In this document: positions 30,009-38,612 of the stretch, piece after piece
Position numbering within the stretch: position 1 is the stretch's first letter
How the letters are laid out: each line of letters opens with the position of its first letter
Assembly (NCBI GenBank): GCA_041611095.1
Contig: JBFINP010000007.1
Span: 11,055 to 75,054 of the forward strand
DNA from: Acidimicrobiia bacterium
GTDB lineage: Bacteria > Actinomycetota > Acidimicrobiia > Spongiisociales > UBA5794
DNA: 64,000 nucleotides
Direction: 5' to 3'
Notes under the pieces: generated by a model
Told to the model about the DNA's origin: nothing
Databases searched by the model: none
The model's input: only the letters and a program-made list of their open reading frames with translations
Made by a program: the position numbers and the translations under genes

Positions 30009-30671
30009 GTGCGCTACGTCTTCGTTCACAGCCCTCTCCTCGGGCCCAGCACATGGCGATCGGTTGCCGCACTGCTCCGGGGCGATGTCCCCGACCTCAG
30101 ACCCTTCACAGCGGCTGAGCCTCCGCTCTGGCGCTCCTACGTCGACCTCGCCGCACACGGCCAGCCGGCCGGCGAGGAACTCGTCGTGGTCGGCCATTCC
30201 GGGGCCGGGCCGATGCTTCCCGCGCTCGCCCACGTCCTCTCTGCCGAAGCGACCGTCTTCGTCGATGCCGTGGTGCCCCCTGCGGGCGGGGTCTACACGA
30301 CTCCGGAGAACCTACGGCGCCTCATCGATCAGCACGCCGACGGAGCGTGGCTGCGACCTTGGACCACGTGGTGGACCGAAGATGTGCTCCACCGCAACCT
30401 TCCCGATCCGACGCTGCGCGCCGTCATCGAGAGTGAACAGCCGAGGGTGCCGCTCGGCTTCTACGACGAAGCCATTCCCATGCCGAACGCATGGAGCGAC
30501 CGTGCCTGCGGTTACGTCATGCTGAGCGCTGCCTATGCAGCCGACGCCGATGATGCCGAATGGCGAGGGTGGCCCGTCGAGCGTCTCGACTTCGGTCATC
30601 TGGCGACGCTGACGCATCCAGAGCTGGCGGCGGCAGCCATTGAGGGGGTGACCCGGCGAGCCGTAGGCTGA
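30009..30671 (+). CDS. alpha/beta hydrolase
   Basis: MRYVFVHSPLLGPSTW...VVVGHSGAG (GxSxG). Confidence 0.6.
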   Translation: MRYVFVHSPLLGPSTWRSVAALLRGDVPDLRPFTAAEPPLWRSYVDLAAHGQPAGEELVVVGHSGAGPMLPALAHVLSAEATVFVDAVVPPAGGVYTTPENLRRLIDQHADGAWLRPWTTWWTEDVLHRNLPDPTLRAVIESEQPRVPLGFYDEAIPMPNAWSDRACGYVMLSAAYAADADDAEWRGWPVERLDFGHLATLTHPELAAAAIEGVTRRAVG

Positions 30672-30687
30672 CCTCGAGCCAACGGGC

Positions 30688-31434
30688 TCAGCCCTGTGCC
30701 CTCCACTCGGCGAGCTGGCGCTCCCAATCGGTCCGCGTCACGATCTGGCACTCCGACTGGAGAAGGTTCCAAAAGGCATCGCAGCTGCCGTCGAGCCGGT
30801 ATTCCACGGAGTCGATGGTGTCGAACTGGAACACATTGGCGTTGAGATTGGCCACGAAGAACTGACTCCCCGTCGACGTCGAGATGTTCTCGATGCCGGC
30901 GAGCCCGGTGAAGTCGACCGTCGCTTGGCCCCCTCCGAGGTCGATGCCCGCCAGCGCGTCCGACGTGTCCGTCGAGAAGAAGGAGACGAACCCCAGCTCT
31001 CGCTCGGCGTCGTCCGGCCCCTTGACGAGCTCCTGGAAAGTGCTCGTGAGCACGAGGTCGGTCGTCGGGACCACCCGGTACACGTAGGACGCCGCGGTGG
31101 GCACCGTCGAGGCGCCGCACGTGTAGTACACCCGCAGCACCGTGCCGGCACCGGTCTCGGGAGCGTCCTCGCGGCACTCAGGGGCCGCCGGCGCTGGAAC
31201 ACCCGGGTCCCCGGGATCGACCGCCGGCTCGCCGTCACCGATCGTCGGTGCGGGTGCGCCGGGGAATGGTGCGATCGAGGTCGTCGTGGTCCGCGCCGCG
31301 GCCGCAGCGGCCAGCGCCGTGGGATCGGGCGGTCGGATCACCCGCAGGAACGCGGCGAGGATGACCAACGCCAGCACGATCGTCAAGGCGGTGATGAGCA
31401 GCTGCTGGAGGATCTGGAGCGCACGCGGGTTCAT
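30688..31434 (-). CDS. GerMN domain-containing membrane-anchored protein
   Basis: Start at MNPRALQILQQLLITALTIVLALVILAAFL (cat 31432..31434), a Pro/Ala linker, then LRVYYTCG...FQELVKGP...ATVDFTG...VEYRLDG, typical of GerMN. Confidence 0.5.
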   Translation of the reverse strand: MNPRALQILQQLLITALTIVLALVILAAFLRVIRPPDPTALAAAAAARTTTTSIAPFPGAPAPTIGDGEPAVDPGDPGVPAPAAPECREDAPETGAGTVLRVYYTCGASTVPTAASYVYRVVPTTDLVLTSTFQELVKGPDDAERELGFVSFFSTDTSDALAGIDLGGGQATVDFTGLAGIENISTSTGSQFFVANLNANVFQFDTIDSVEYRLDGSCDAFWNLLQSECQIVTRTDWERQLAEWRAQG

Positions 31435-31601
31435 GAGGTGAGAGGACGTTAACTCGTTTCTCGCGAAGCAGGCTTCGAGCGAGTCTGATTCGACGGCCTC
31501 CCGGCCGGCCCGTCGTGCGGTGCGGCGGCAGCGCCACCACACCGCGTGTGACTGGGAACGCGGAGCGTCTCCCCGTCACTCCCCCTTGGTTCGCTTCGCT
31601 G

Positions 31602-32198
31602 TCAGATCCAGGCTTCGGCGCGGTAGCGGTGTTGTTCGGTTCGCCACTCCCGCTCGAGGAGGCCCCAGATGCTGTGGTCCATCCAGACGTTCCCCACCTT
31701 CACGTCGTCGCGCAGCGTGCCCTCGTGAATGAAGCCCAGCTTCTCGGCCACACGTTCCGAGCTGCGGTTGCCGACGGCGATGCGGACAACGATGCGGTGC
31801 AGGTCGAGATCCTCGAATCCGAAGCGGAGGATGCGGGCCACGGCCTCGGTACAGACGCCCGTCCGTGTTGCGTCGCTGCGCACCCAGTAGCCGACCTCTC
31901 CGACGGCGTTCGCCCGAGAGACGAACCAGATCGATACATTTCCGAGGTGGCGGTCCGGGTCCGAGTCGCGCCGGATGGCGAAGTCGTACGCCCGGCCCTC
32001 GCTCCACGCTCCTGCAGACTCTCTGATGAACTGCTGCGTGGTCGAGCGTGTGTAGTTGTCGTGAGCCCACGGAAGGTACTGCGCCAGCTCGGGCAGCGAC
32101 GCCAGGACGGCCTCGTCGACGGAAGCCACGTCCCGGCGCCGGAACGGCCGGAGGCTGAACCGGGGGGTGTACAACACGGTGCTCGGCGAGGGGGCCAT
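31602..32198 (-). CDS. GNAT N-acetyltransferase (RimJ/RimL-like)
   Basis: Only the last 198 aa of the 626-aa ORF look protein-like: TPRFSLRPFRRRD...GEVGYWVRSD..TGVCTEA...HRIVVRIAVGNRSSERVAEKLGF. Confidence 0.8.
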   Translation of the reverse strand: MAPSPSTVLYTPRFSLRPFRRRDVASVDEAVLASLPELAQYLPWAHDNYTRSTTQQFIRESAGAWSEGRAYDFAIRRDSDPDRHLGNVSIWFVSRANAVGEVGYWVRSDATRTGVCTEAVARILRFGFEDLDLHRIVVRIAVGNRSSERVAEKLGFIHEGTLRDDVKVGNVWMDHSIWGLLEREWRTEQHRYRAEAWI

Positions 32199-32288
32199 CG
32201 CTGCGGAGACTATCGCCTCCGACGTCGCCTCGGAGACGGAGGCCGAGCCCGGCCCGCAGCGCCGAGCACCTCCTTTAGTGTCACCACG

Positions 32289-32834
32289 ATGCTCGACATC
32301 TGGACGCGTCTGCGCGGGCTCCCCGACGTCGACCCGGGGACCATCGCCCGCGCCGCGGTGCTCGTGCCCTTGTATCAGGACCACGACGGGTTGGTCCGCA
32401 TCCTCCTCACCAAGCGACCGGACGACATGCGGACGCACCCCGGCGACGTTGTGTTCCCCGGCGGTCGGATCGAGCCGGGGGAGTCGCCGGTCGAGGCGGC
32501 GATCCGCGAGGCGTGGGAAGAGGTCGCTCTCCCTGCTGACCGTGTCGAGGTGCTCGGCGGGCTGCATCCGGTGACGACGCGGGATCGTGACAACTGGATC
32601 GTGCCCGTCGTCGCCCGCATCGCCCGGCCCGAGGAGCTCACCCCGGATCCTCGTGAGGTCGAGGCGATCATCGAGCCGACTCTCGTCGAGCTGCTGGACG
32701 AGTCGAGTTGGCGTACCTCCGACTGGATGGGCTCCCAGTTGTGGTTCTACGACTTCCCCGAAGGCACGCTGTGGGGGGCGACGGCGTTCATGGTGCGCCA
32801 GCTCCTCGGGCTGATACGGGGGTCCCGGCCGTAG
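32289..32834 (+). CDS. CoA pyrophosphatase-type NUDIX hydrolase
   Basis: NuCoA motif ILLTKRPDDMRTHPGDVVFPGG followed by the Nudix box GRIEPGESPVEAAIREAWEEVAL. Confidence 0.78.
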   Translation: MLDIWTRLRGLPDVDPGTIARAAVLVPLYQDHDGLVRILLTKRPDDMRTHPGDVVFPGGRIEPGESPVEAAIREAWEEVALPADRVEVLGGLHPVTTRDRDNWIVPVVARIARPEELTPDPREVEAIIEPTLVELLDESSWRTSDWMGSQLWFYDFPEGTLWGATAFMVRQLLGLIRGSRP

Positions 32835-32882
32835 CGCCCGGCCGCTCGGTAACCTCGGCGCACCCGATATGGAGGTCCACCC

Positions 32883-33677
32883 TTGGAGCTCGCCGGCAAG
32901 GTCGTCGCCGTCACCGGTGGCGCAAGTGGCATCGGCCGGGCTCTCGCCGTCAGGTTCGCCGCCGAGGGTGCGGCGGTCGCCGTGCTCGACCTGGACGGTG
33001 ACGGAGCGGCGGCGGTCGCTGCAGAGACCGGTGGGAGGTCGTGGCCCCTCGACGTGACCGACGAGGATGCGACTCGGGCAGCCGTCACGGCCATCGAGGA
33101 GTCCCTCGGCCCCATCGACCTGCTGTGTCTCAACGCCGGTGTCGCAACGGGTGGCGGCGTCGAGGCCCCCGACGAAGCCTGGCAGCGCACGTGGGAGGTC
33201 AACTTCATGTCGCATGTGTGGGCGCTGCGCGCCGTGCTTCCATCCATGCTGGCGAGGCGTGAGGGGTACCTGCTGCACACGGCATCGGCCGCCGGGTTGC
33301 TCACCAACATCGGCGCCGCGCCCTACGCGGTGACCAAGCACGCCGTCGTCGCCCTCGCCGAGTGGCTGGCGCTGACGTATGGCGACCGCGGTATCACCGT
33401 CTCCTGTCTGTGCCCGCAGTTCGTCGACACGCCGATGCTGGACCTCTTCGACGAGGGCGGGGACATGCGGCAGTGGGTGCACAGCGTGGCCATCGGGCCC
33501 GATGCGGTCGCCGAGGTGGTCGTGCAGGGGCTACGCGACGAGCGGTTCCTCATCCTGCCGCACCCGGAGGTTGCGGCGTTCTTCGCACGCAAGGCCACCG
33601 ACTACGACCGCTGGCTGGCGGGCATGCGCAAGCTCCAGCAGAGCGTCGGGTACGAGCCGCCGATGTTCGGCGTCTGA
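32883..33677 (+). CDS. SDR family oxidoreductase
   Basis: LAGKVVAVTGGASGIGRALA (TGxxxGxG), NAG, and the YAVTKHAV (YxxxK) catalytic motif. Confidence 0.88.
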   Translation: MELAGKVVAVTGGASGIGRALAVRFAAEGAAVAVLDLDGDGAAAVAAETGGRSWPLDVTDEDATRAAVTAIEESLGPIDLLCLNAGVATGGGVEAPDEAWQRTWEVNFMSHVWALRAVLPSMLARREGYLLHTASAAGLLTNIGAAPYAVTKHAVVALAEWLALTYGDRGITVSCLCPQFVDTPMLDLFDEGGDMRQWVHSVAIGPDAVAEVVVQGLRDERFLILPHPEVAAFFARKATDYDRWLAGMRKLQQSVGYEPPMFGV

Positions 33678-33689
33678 CTGGGGGCGGCG

Positions 33690-34709
33690 TCAGGCCGAGT
33701 CGGGAAAGACGACGACCTCGTCGATACCGATGTCGACCCGGTCGCCGGGGGACACGAAGCTGTTTGATCCGATGCGGGACGTGATGCGGCGTCCGTCGGC
33801 GAGCTCGATGACCAGGAGCTGGTCGTGCCCGTAGTACTCCCGGCCGACCACGACGGCGGCGCCGTCCGTGGCCGGGGTGGGGTGCACCCACTCGGGCCGG
33901 ATCATCACCCGCACGTCGCCACGGAGGTCTCCGAACTGAGGGAACGTGCCCATCGATGTGACCACGCGCCCGACGTCGGCGTGACCGTCGATGAACTCGC
34001 TCTCGCCGACGAACTCACCGATCCAGGGTGTTGCCGGACGGCGGTAGATCTCCCGGGGGGTGCCGACCTGCTGGACGGTCCCGTCGCGCATCACCGCAAC
34101 GACGTCGGCGATCGCCAGCGCCTCCTCCTGGTCGTGGGTGACGAAGATCGCCGTTGCTTCGGCCTCGGTGAGGATGCTTCGCACGTCCCGGCGCATCCGG
34201 TCCCGCAGGGTGGCGTCGAGGTTGGAGAACGGCTCATCGAGCAGGATCACTGCCGGCTCGGGCGCCAGGGCTCGTGCCAGCGCCACTCGTTGTTGTTCGC
34301 CGCCGGACAACTCGTGCGGCATGCGTTCACCCAAGCCGCCGAGCCCGACGAGGTCAAGGACGGCGCCGACGCGCCGGTCGGAGCCTCGCTCGAGGCCATA
34401 CGCCACGTTGGCGCCGACGCTCATGTGGGGAAACAAGGCGTAGTCCTGGAACACCATGCCCACGCGCCGTTGCTCCGGGGGCAGGCTCATCGTCCCGTCC
34501 ACCACCGTGCGGCCGGCGATCTCCACCGCCCCCCGATCGGGACGCTCGAACCCGGCCACCACTCGCAACGCAGTCGTCTTCCCGCATCCCGAGGGTCCCA
34601 GCAAGGCGAGGATGGCGCCCGTCGGTACCTCGAGCTCGAAGTCGTCCAAGGCCATGGCGTCGCCGAAGCTCTTCGTGAGGCGGTGGCAGTGGATCGCCGG
34701 AGGCACCAT
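33690..34709 (-). CDS. ABC transporter ATP-binding protein (Fe3+/polyamine importer type, with a C-terminal TOBE-like domain)
   Basis: Start at MVPPAIHCHRL (cat 34707..34709). Walker A GPSGCGKTT, signature LSGGEQQRVALARAL, Walker B ILLDEP. Confidence 0.9.
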   Translation of the reverse strand: MVPPAIHCHRLTKSFGDAMALDDFELEVPTGAILALLGPSGCGKTTALRVVAGFERPDRGAVEIAGRTVVDGTMSLPPEQRRVGMVFQDYALFPHMSVGANVAYGLERGSDRRVGAVLDLVGLGGLGERMPHELSGGEQQRVALARALAPEPAVILLDEPFSNLDATLRDRMRRDVRSILTEAEATAIFVTHDQEEALAIADVVAVMRDGTVQQVGTPREIYRRPATPWIGEFVGESEFIDGHADVGRVVTSMGTFPQFGDLRGDVRVMIRPEWVHPTPATDGAAVVVGREYYGHDQLLVIELADGRRITSRIGSNSFVSPGDRVDIGIDEVVVFPDSA

Positions 34710-34714
34710 GCGGT

Positions 34715-36346
34715 TCACAGCGCTCTCCGGGGGCGAATCACCAGCAGGTACATCGGCACGGCCGATACGAGAAGCAGGACGAGCGCCGGTGCAGCCGCCC
34801 GTGCGTAGAACAGATCGTTGGTGGTACTCCACACCCGGACTGCAAGCGTGTCGAAGCCGGTGGGGCGGAGCAGGAGTGTCGCCGGCAGCTCCTTCATCGT
34901 TGTCAGGAACACCAGGGCCCCACCCACCAGCAGGCCCTTCCACATCAGAGGCACCGTGATGTTCCACAGGGTCGCCAGCGACCCTCGCCCCAACCCGCGT
35001 GACGCTTCCTCCAGGTTGGGGTCGACCTGGAGGAGGGCCGCTTCGCCGGCGCTCACGGCCTGGGCCAGGAACAGCGCTGCGTAGACGAGCACGAGCAGGG
35101 TGAACGACTGGTAGAGCCCACCGAGGTAGTTGGCGGCGAAGAAGACGACGGCGAGGGCCACCGTGATGTGGGGGAGCGAGAAGATGACGTACACCGCCCG
35201 GCGGAGCCACCTGCTCGCCGCTCCCGGGTGGCGGACCGCCAGCACCACCACGGGGAGGGCGGCGGCCATGGCGAGCACTGCGGCGACGAGTGACCCGGTC
35301 AGCGACCCGGCGACGGCGCCCCATCGCATGTCGATCGTCTGGCCGCCCGCCACGCCGCGGATCAACCACGCGCTCAGCACGCCGATCGGTAGCGCCAAGC
35401 CGGCGAAGGTCAGCACGCCGAGCCCCCCGTACGCGACGGCCCGTCCCCGCCGCGAGAGCTTCACGAGCGGTGGCAATCGGCGAGGTCGCGTCCCGAAGTA
35501 GGCGGCTCGCCCCCGGGTCCGCTGCTCGCCCCACACGATCACGAGGGCCAGCGCGATGAGGACCAGCGCCAGCACTGCAGCCGGCGTGCGGTCCAGCCGG
35601 CCCTGGTACTGGGCATAGATGACTCGGGTGAACACGTCGAATCCCATGAGCGACACACCGCCGAAGTCCGAGAGCGTGTAGAGGGCGGCGAGCAGCGACC
35701 CGGCGGCGACGGCGGGGCGCAACTGGGGGAGTACCACCGTGCGGAACGCCCTCCAGGCCCCGGCGCCCAGCGAGCGGGCCGCTTCCTCGTGTGCCGGGTC
35801 GAGATTGCGGAAGGCGGCACGGGCCACGAGGAACACGTACGGATACGTGGACAGGGTCAGCGTCAGCCAGGCTCCGAACCCACCGGAGATCGAAGGAAGG
35901 GCGAAGCCCGTCACGTCGGCGAACAGGCCACGACCTCCGAAGAACGACAGCAGTGCAAGGGCGATGACATACGACGGGATGACCAGCGGGAGGGAGACCA
36001 GCACGGTCCATGTCCCCTTGCCGGGCAGGTCGGAGCGTACGAGGAGCCAGGCCGCCGTCACGCCGATCGCCGCTGCGGCAGCTGTGACGAGCAACGTGAA
36101 GACGATCGAGCGAACCAGCAGCGCCATCGTTCTGCCGGCGAGGATCGTGTCGATGACCACGTCACCACCGCCGAACACCCGCACGACCAGCGAACCGATG
36201 GGCACGAGTGCGGGCAGTACGACGGCGAAACCGAGCACCCACATCCAGCGAGGGGCGCCGTGGACTCCCGGTCGCGGTGGGGCGAGAACGGGCTGGCCGG
36301 TCTCGGAACCGGCCGGGGCCGGGGCGAGCCCGACCGGCTCGCTCAC
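34715..36346 (-). CDS. iron(III) ABC transporter permease (fused double-domain, FbpB-like)
   Basis: 543 aa and highly hydrophobic. Two EAA-like loops (EEAARSLGAGAWRAF; EEASRGLGRGSLATL). Confidence 0.85.
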   Translation of the reverse strand: MSEPVGLAPAPAGSETGQPVLAPPRPGVHGAPRWMWVLGFAVVLPALVPIGSLVVRVFGGGDVVIDTILAGRTMALLVRSIVFTLLVTAAAAAIGVTAAWLLVRSDLPGKGTWTVLVSLPLVIPSYVIALALLSFFGGRGLFADVTGFALPSISGGFGAWLTLTLSTYPYVFLVARAAFRNLDPAHEEAARSLGAGAWRAFRTVVLPQLRPAVAAGSLLAALYTLSDFGGVSLMGFDVFTRVIYAQYQGRLDRTPAAVLALVLIALALVIVWGEQRTRGRAAYFGTRPRRLPPLVKLSRRGRAVAYGGLGVLTFAGLALPIGVLSAWLIRGVAGGQTIDMRWGAVAGSLTGSLVAAVLAMAAALPVVVLAVRHPGAASRWLRRAVYVIFSLPHITVALAVVFFAANYLGGLYQSFTLLVLVYAALFLAQAVSAGEAALLQVDPNLEEASRGLGRGSLATLWNITVPLMWKGLLVGGALVFLTTMKELPATLLLRPTGFDTLAVRVWSTTNDLFYARAAAPALVLLLVSAVPMYLLVIRPRRAL

Positions 36347-37344
36347 AAGAGGCCGGCCTCGGCAACCAGATCGGTGGCCCGGTCGAGCACTCCGGCGAGG
36401 TCGGACAGCGAGAGCTCCGGCGGGTTGAGTGAGTCGAGGGAGGGCAGCTCCGGGTTGGCGGAGACGCCGGCGGCCAGGGGGTATTCGAAGGTCTCGTCGG
36501 CGAAGTACTGCTGGGCGTCCGCCGAGAGCAGGTATTCCACGAAACGATCGGAAGCCTCTCGATGGGGTGACGACGCCAGGATCCCCACGCCGGCGGGCAT
36601 GACCAGCGAGCCCGCTCCACCGCCCGTCATGAAGTAGTTGGTGGCGACGACGCCTTCACCTTCTTCGGCGATGCGGCGGAACAGGTAGTAGTGGTTGACG
36701 AGACCTGCGTCGACCTCGCCCGAGTCGACGGCGGTGACGATCACCGAGTTGCTCGGATACGTGGGGGCCCCGCCCTCGGCGAGGGTGCGGAGCCAGTCGA
36801 GGGTGGCGTCCTCACCGTCGATGAGGATCTTGGCGGCCACGAAGGCGAGAAACGAGCCGTTCGTCGGTGCGACGGCAAGGCGACCGGCCCACTCCGCTGT
36901 GGCCAGATCATCCTCGGTCTCGGGGAGCGTTGCCGGATCGACCGTTGTCGTGTCGTAGACGATCACCCTCGCCCGCCCGGAGACGCCGATCCAGCGGCCG
37001 GCGTCGTCCGAGAACTCGGCCGGCACCTGTGCGAGGGTGGCATCGTCGAGGTCGGTGAACAAACCGCTGAGCGCCACGCTGCCCAGCGACGCCGGGTCTT
37101 GGGCGAAGAACACGTCGGCGGGCGAGCCCTCGCCCTCCTCGAGGATGGTTGCCGCCAGCTCGGCACTGTCGCCGTAGCGGACGCTGACATCGATGCCGGT
37201 CTCGGTCTCGAACCTGTCGATGAGGGGCGCAACCAGCTCCTCGCTGCGGCCCGAATACACGGTGAGCGACTCGTCGTCGCCGCCACAGGCGACGGAGACG
37301 AGGGCGAAGGCGAGCAGGGCGATGGCGAGGGATGGGCGTCTCAT
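36343..37344 (-). CDS. Fe3+ ABC transporter substrate-binding lipoprotein
   Basis: Start at MRRPSLAIALLAFALVSVACGG (lipobox). LTVYSGRSEELV...YPSNS...is typical of the FbpA/AfuA family. Confidence 0.8.
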   Translation of the reverse strand: MRRPSLAIALLAFALVSVACGGDDESLTVYSGRSEELVAPLIDRFETETGIDVSVRYGDSAELAATILEEGEGSPADVFFAQDPASLGSVALSGLFTDLDDATLAQVPAEFSDDAGRWIGVSGRARVIVYDTTTVDPATLPETEDDLATAEWAGRLAVAPTNGSFLAFVAAKILIDGEDATLDWLRTLAEGGAPTYPSNSVIVTAVDSGEVDAGLVNHYYLFRRIAEEGEGVVATNYFMTGGGAGSLVMPAGVGILASSPHREASDRFVEYLLSADAQQYFADETFEYPLAAGVSANPELPSLDSLNPPELSLSDLAGVLDRATDLVAEAGLL

Positions 37345-37395
37345 GGCTCTCTCGATGCGGCGACAGAACGGCGGTACGGTATTTCTACTATCACG

Positions 37396-37464
37396 ATAGG
37401 GCAAATCAGCCTGACAAGAAGCGTCAGGGCAGCCTTACGTCGCTGTCAGATTAGGCTCGCTGCG
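37396..37464. promoter_or_regulatory. candidate IdeR/DtxR iron boxes in the divergent fbp/ideR intergenic region
   Basis: Three 19-mers match TTAGGTTAGGCTAACCTAA at 10-11 of 19 positions: ATAGGGCAAATCAGCCTGA (37396), TCAGGGCAGCCTTACGTCG (37424) and TCAGATTAGGCTCGCTGCG (37446). The matches are weak. Confidence 0.25.
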
Positions 37465-38142
37465 ATGACCGAGACGTACAGCGTCAAGTTCCGGGAATAC
37501 GCCGAGGCGATCTGGGAGATCGAGGAGGAAGGTATCCCCGTCATTCAGGCCCGCATCTCGGACTGGCTCGGGGTGAGCCGGGCGAGCGTCTCGGAGATGA
37601 TGCGGAAGATGCAGGCGGAGGGGCTCATCGCCGCCGACGACGGGATCCGCCTCACCCCGGAGGGGCGGCATCTCGCCGAGGTGATCGTGCGTCGCCACCG
37701 GCTCGCCGAGCGCTTCCTGTCAGAGGTGCTGCACCTGCCATGGGACAAGGTGCACGCCGAGGCCGAGGTGTGGGAGACCACGATCTCCGACGACGTCGAG
37801 CGAGCCATGTGGGCCGTGATGGACGATCCGAAGACGTGTCCTCACGGCAACCCGATCCCCGGCGCCGGATACAAGCCGCCCAAGATGAAGCCCATGGCCG
37901 CCATGGACGTGGGGGAGGCGCTCGAGTTGGAGCGAATCTCCGAGGAACTGGAACTGGACGCCGACATGATGGGCTACCTCGATCGTTCCGGTTTACGGCC
38001 GGGCGCCCACGTCGAGCTCCAGGCCAAGGATCCTCACGGTGCGCTGACCGTGGCCGTCAACGGCAAGCCCGCCGGCGTCGGCTCCTTCGCCGCGGAACGG
38101 CTCTTCGTAGCCATCGGCGGTGACGCAGGTGCGGAGAGCTGA
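37465..38142 (+). CDS. ideR: DtxR/IdeR family iron-dependent transcriptional repressor
   Basis: ATG at 37465. ...ARISDWLGVSRASVSEMMRKM...RRHRLAERFL...CPHGNPIP, plus a C-terminal SH3-like domain. The 483-aa ORF start is antisense to the SBP gene and was rejected. Confidence 0.87.
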   Translation: MTETYSVKFREYAEAIWEIEEEGIPVIQARISDWLGVSRASVSEMMRKMQAEGLIAADDGIRLTPEGRHLAEVIVRRHRLAERFLSEVLHLPWDKVHAEAEVWETTISDDVERAMWAVMDDPKTCPHGNPIPGAGYKPPKMKPMAAMDVGEALELERISEELELDADMMGYLDRSGLRPGAHVELQAKDPHGALTVAVNGKPAGVGSFAAERLFVAIGGDAGAES

Positions 38143-38143
38143 C

Positions 38144-38605
38144 ATGGAGGACCTCGACCGGACCCAGATGATCGGCTTGCTCAAGGATGAGGTGGTCGCC
38201 CACCTTGGGATCGTGGACGGGGCCGAGCCGTATGTCACCCCGATCTCGTTCGTTCACATGGGCGAGGCGCTCTACCTCCGCACGGGCCCGGGACGCCGGC
38301 TCGATCTGATTCGCGGCGGCGTCACGGCATGCGTCGAGGCGAGTCGACACATCAACGACCACGGCGACTGGGAGAGCGTGTTGGTGTGGGGCCGGCCGGT
38401 CGTGCTCGAGCCGGGGGACGAGGCGGATGAGGCCATCGGCATGCTGCTCTTCAAGTACCGGACGGTGTTCACCGCCTCGGCGGCGTACGCCGGCCCTGCG
38501 CCTCTCGGACGAGGGGAGGTCGTGGTCAAGATCCCGATCGAGCACATGACGGGACGGCGCTCCGAAGCGGGTTTCGGGGTGAACATCCGGCCGGGAAGGC
38601 TGTAA
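38144..38605 (+). CDS. pyridoxamine 5'-phosphate oxidase family (FMN-binding split barrel, NimA-like) protein
   Basis: MEDLDRTQMIGLLKDEVVAHLGIVDGAEPYVTPISFV...WESVLVWG. Confidence 0.65.
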   Translation: MEDLDRTQMIGLLKDEVVAHLGIVDGAEPYVTPISFVHMGEALYLRTGPGRRLDLIRGGVTACVEASRHINDHGDWESVLVWGRPVVLEPGDEADEAIGMLLFKYRTVFTASAAYAGPAPLGRGEVVVKIPIEHMTGRRSEAGFGVNIRPGRL

Positions 38606-38612
38606 CGGCTCG

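Noticed and set aside
29099-30118. 339-aa ORF covering the groEL downstream repeats and the next gene
   Set aside because: It is out of frame with the well-supported secreted protein (RBS, signal peptide) and consists of Arg/Pro/Ser-rich sequence. The repeat region is better explained as non-coding.
32199-33482. N-terminal 428 aa of the 626-aa minus-strand ORF 31602..33482
   Set aside because: Only the last 198 aa form a recognisable GNAT. The upstream part is antisense to the NUDIX and SDR genes and is low-complexity.
34710-36011. N-terminal extension of the ABC ATPase ORF (773 aa as listed)
   Set aside because: The extension runs through the permease gene in another frame and is Arg/Pro-rich. 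The ATPase begins at MVPPAIHCHRL (34709).
36691-37464. N-terminal 258 aa of the 483-aa plus-strand ORF ending at 38142
   Set aside because: Antisense to the Fe3+-binding lipoprotein gene. The DtxR HTH begins right after the internal ATG at 37465.
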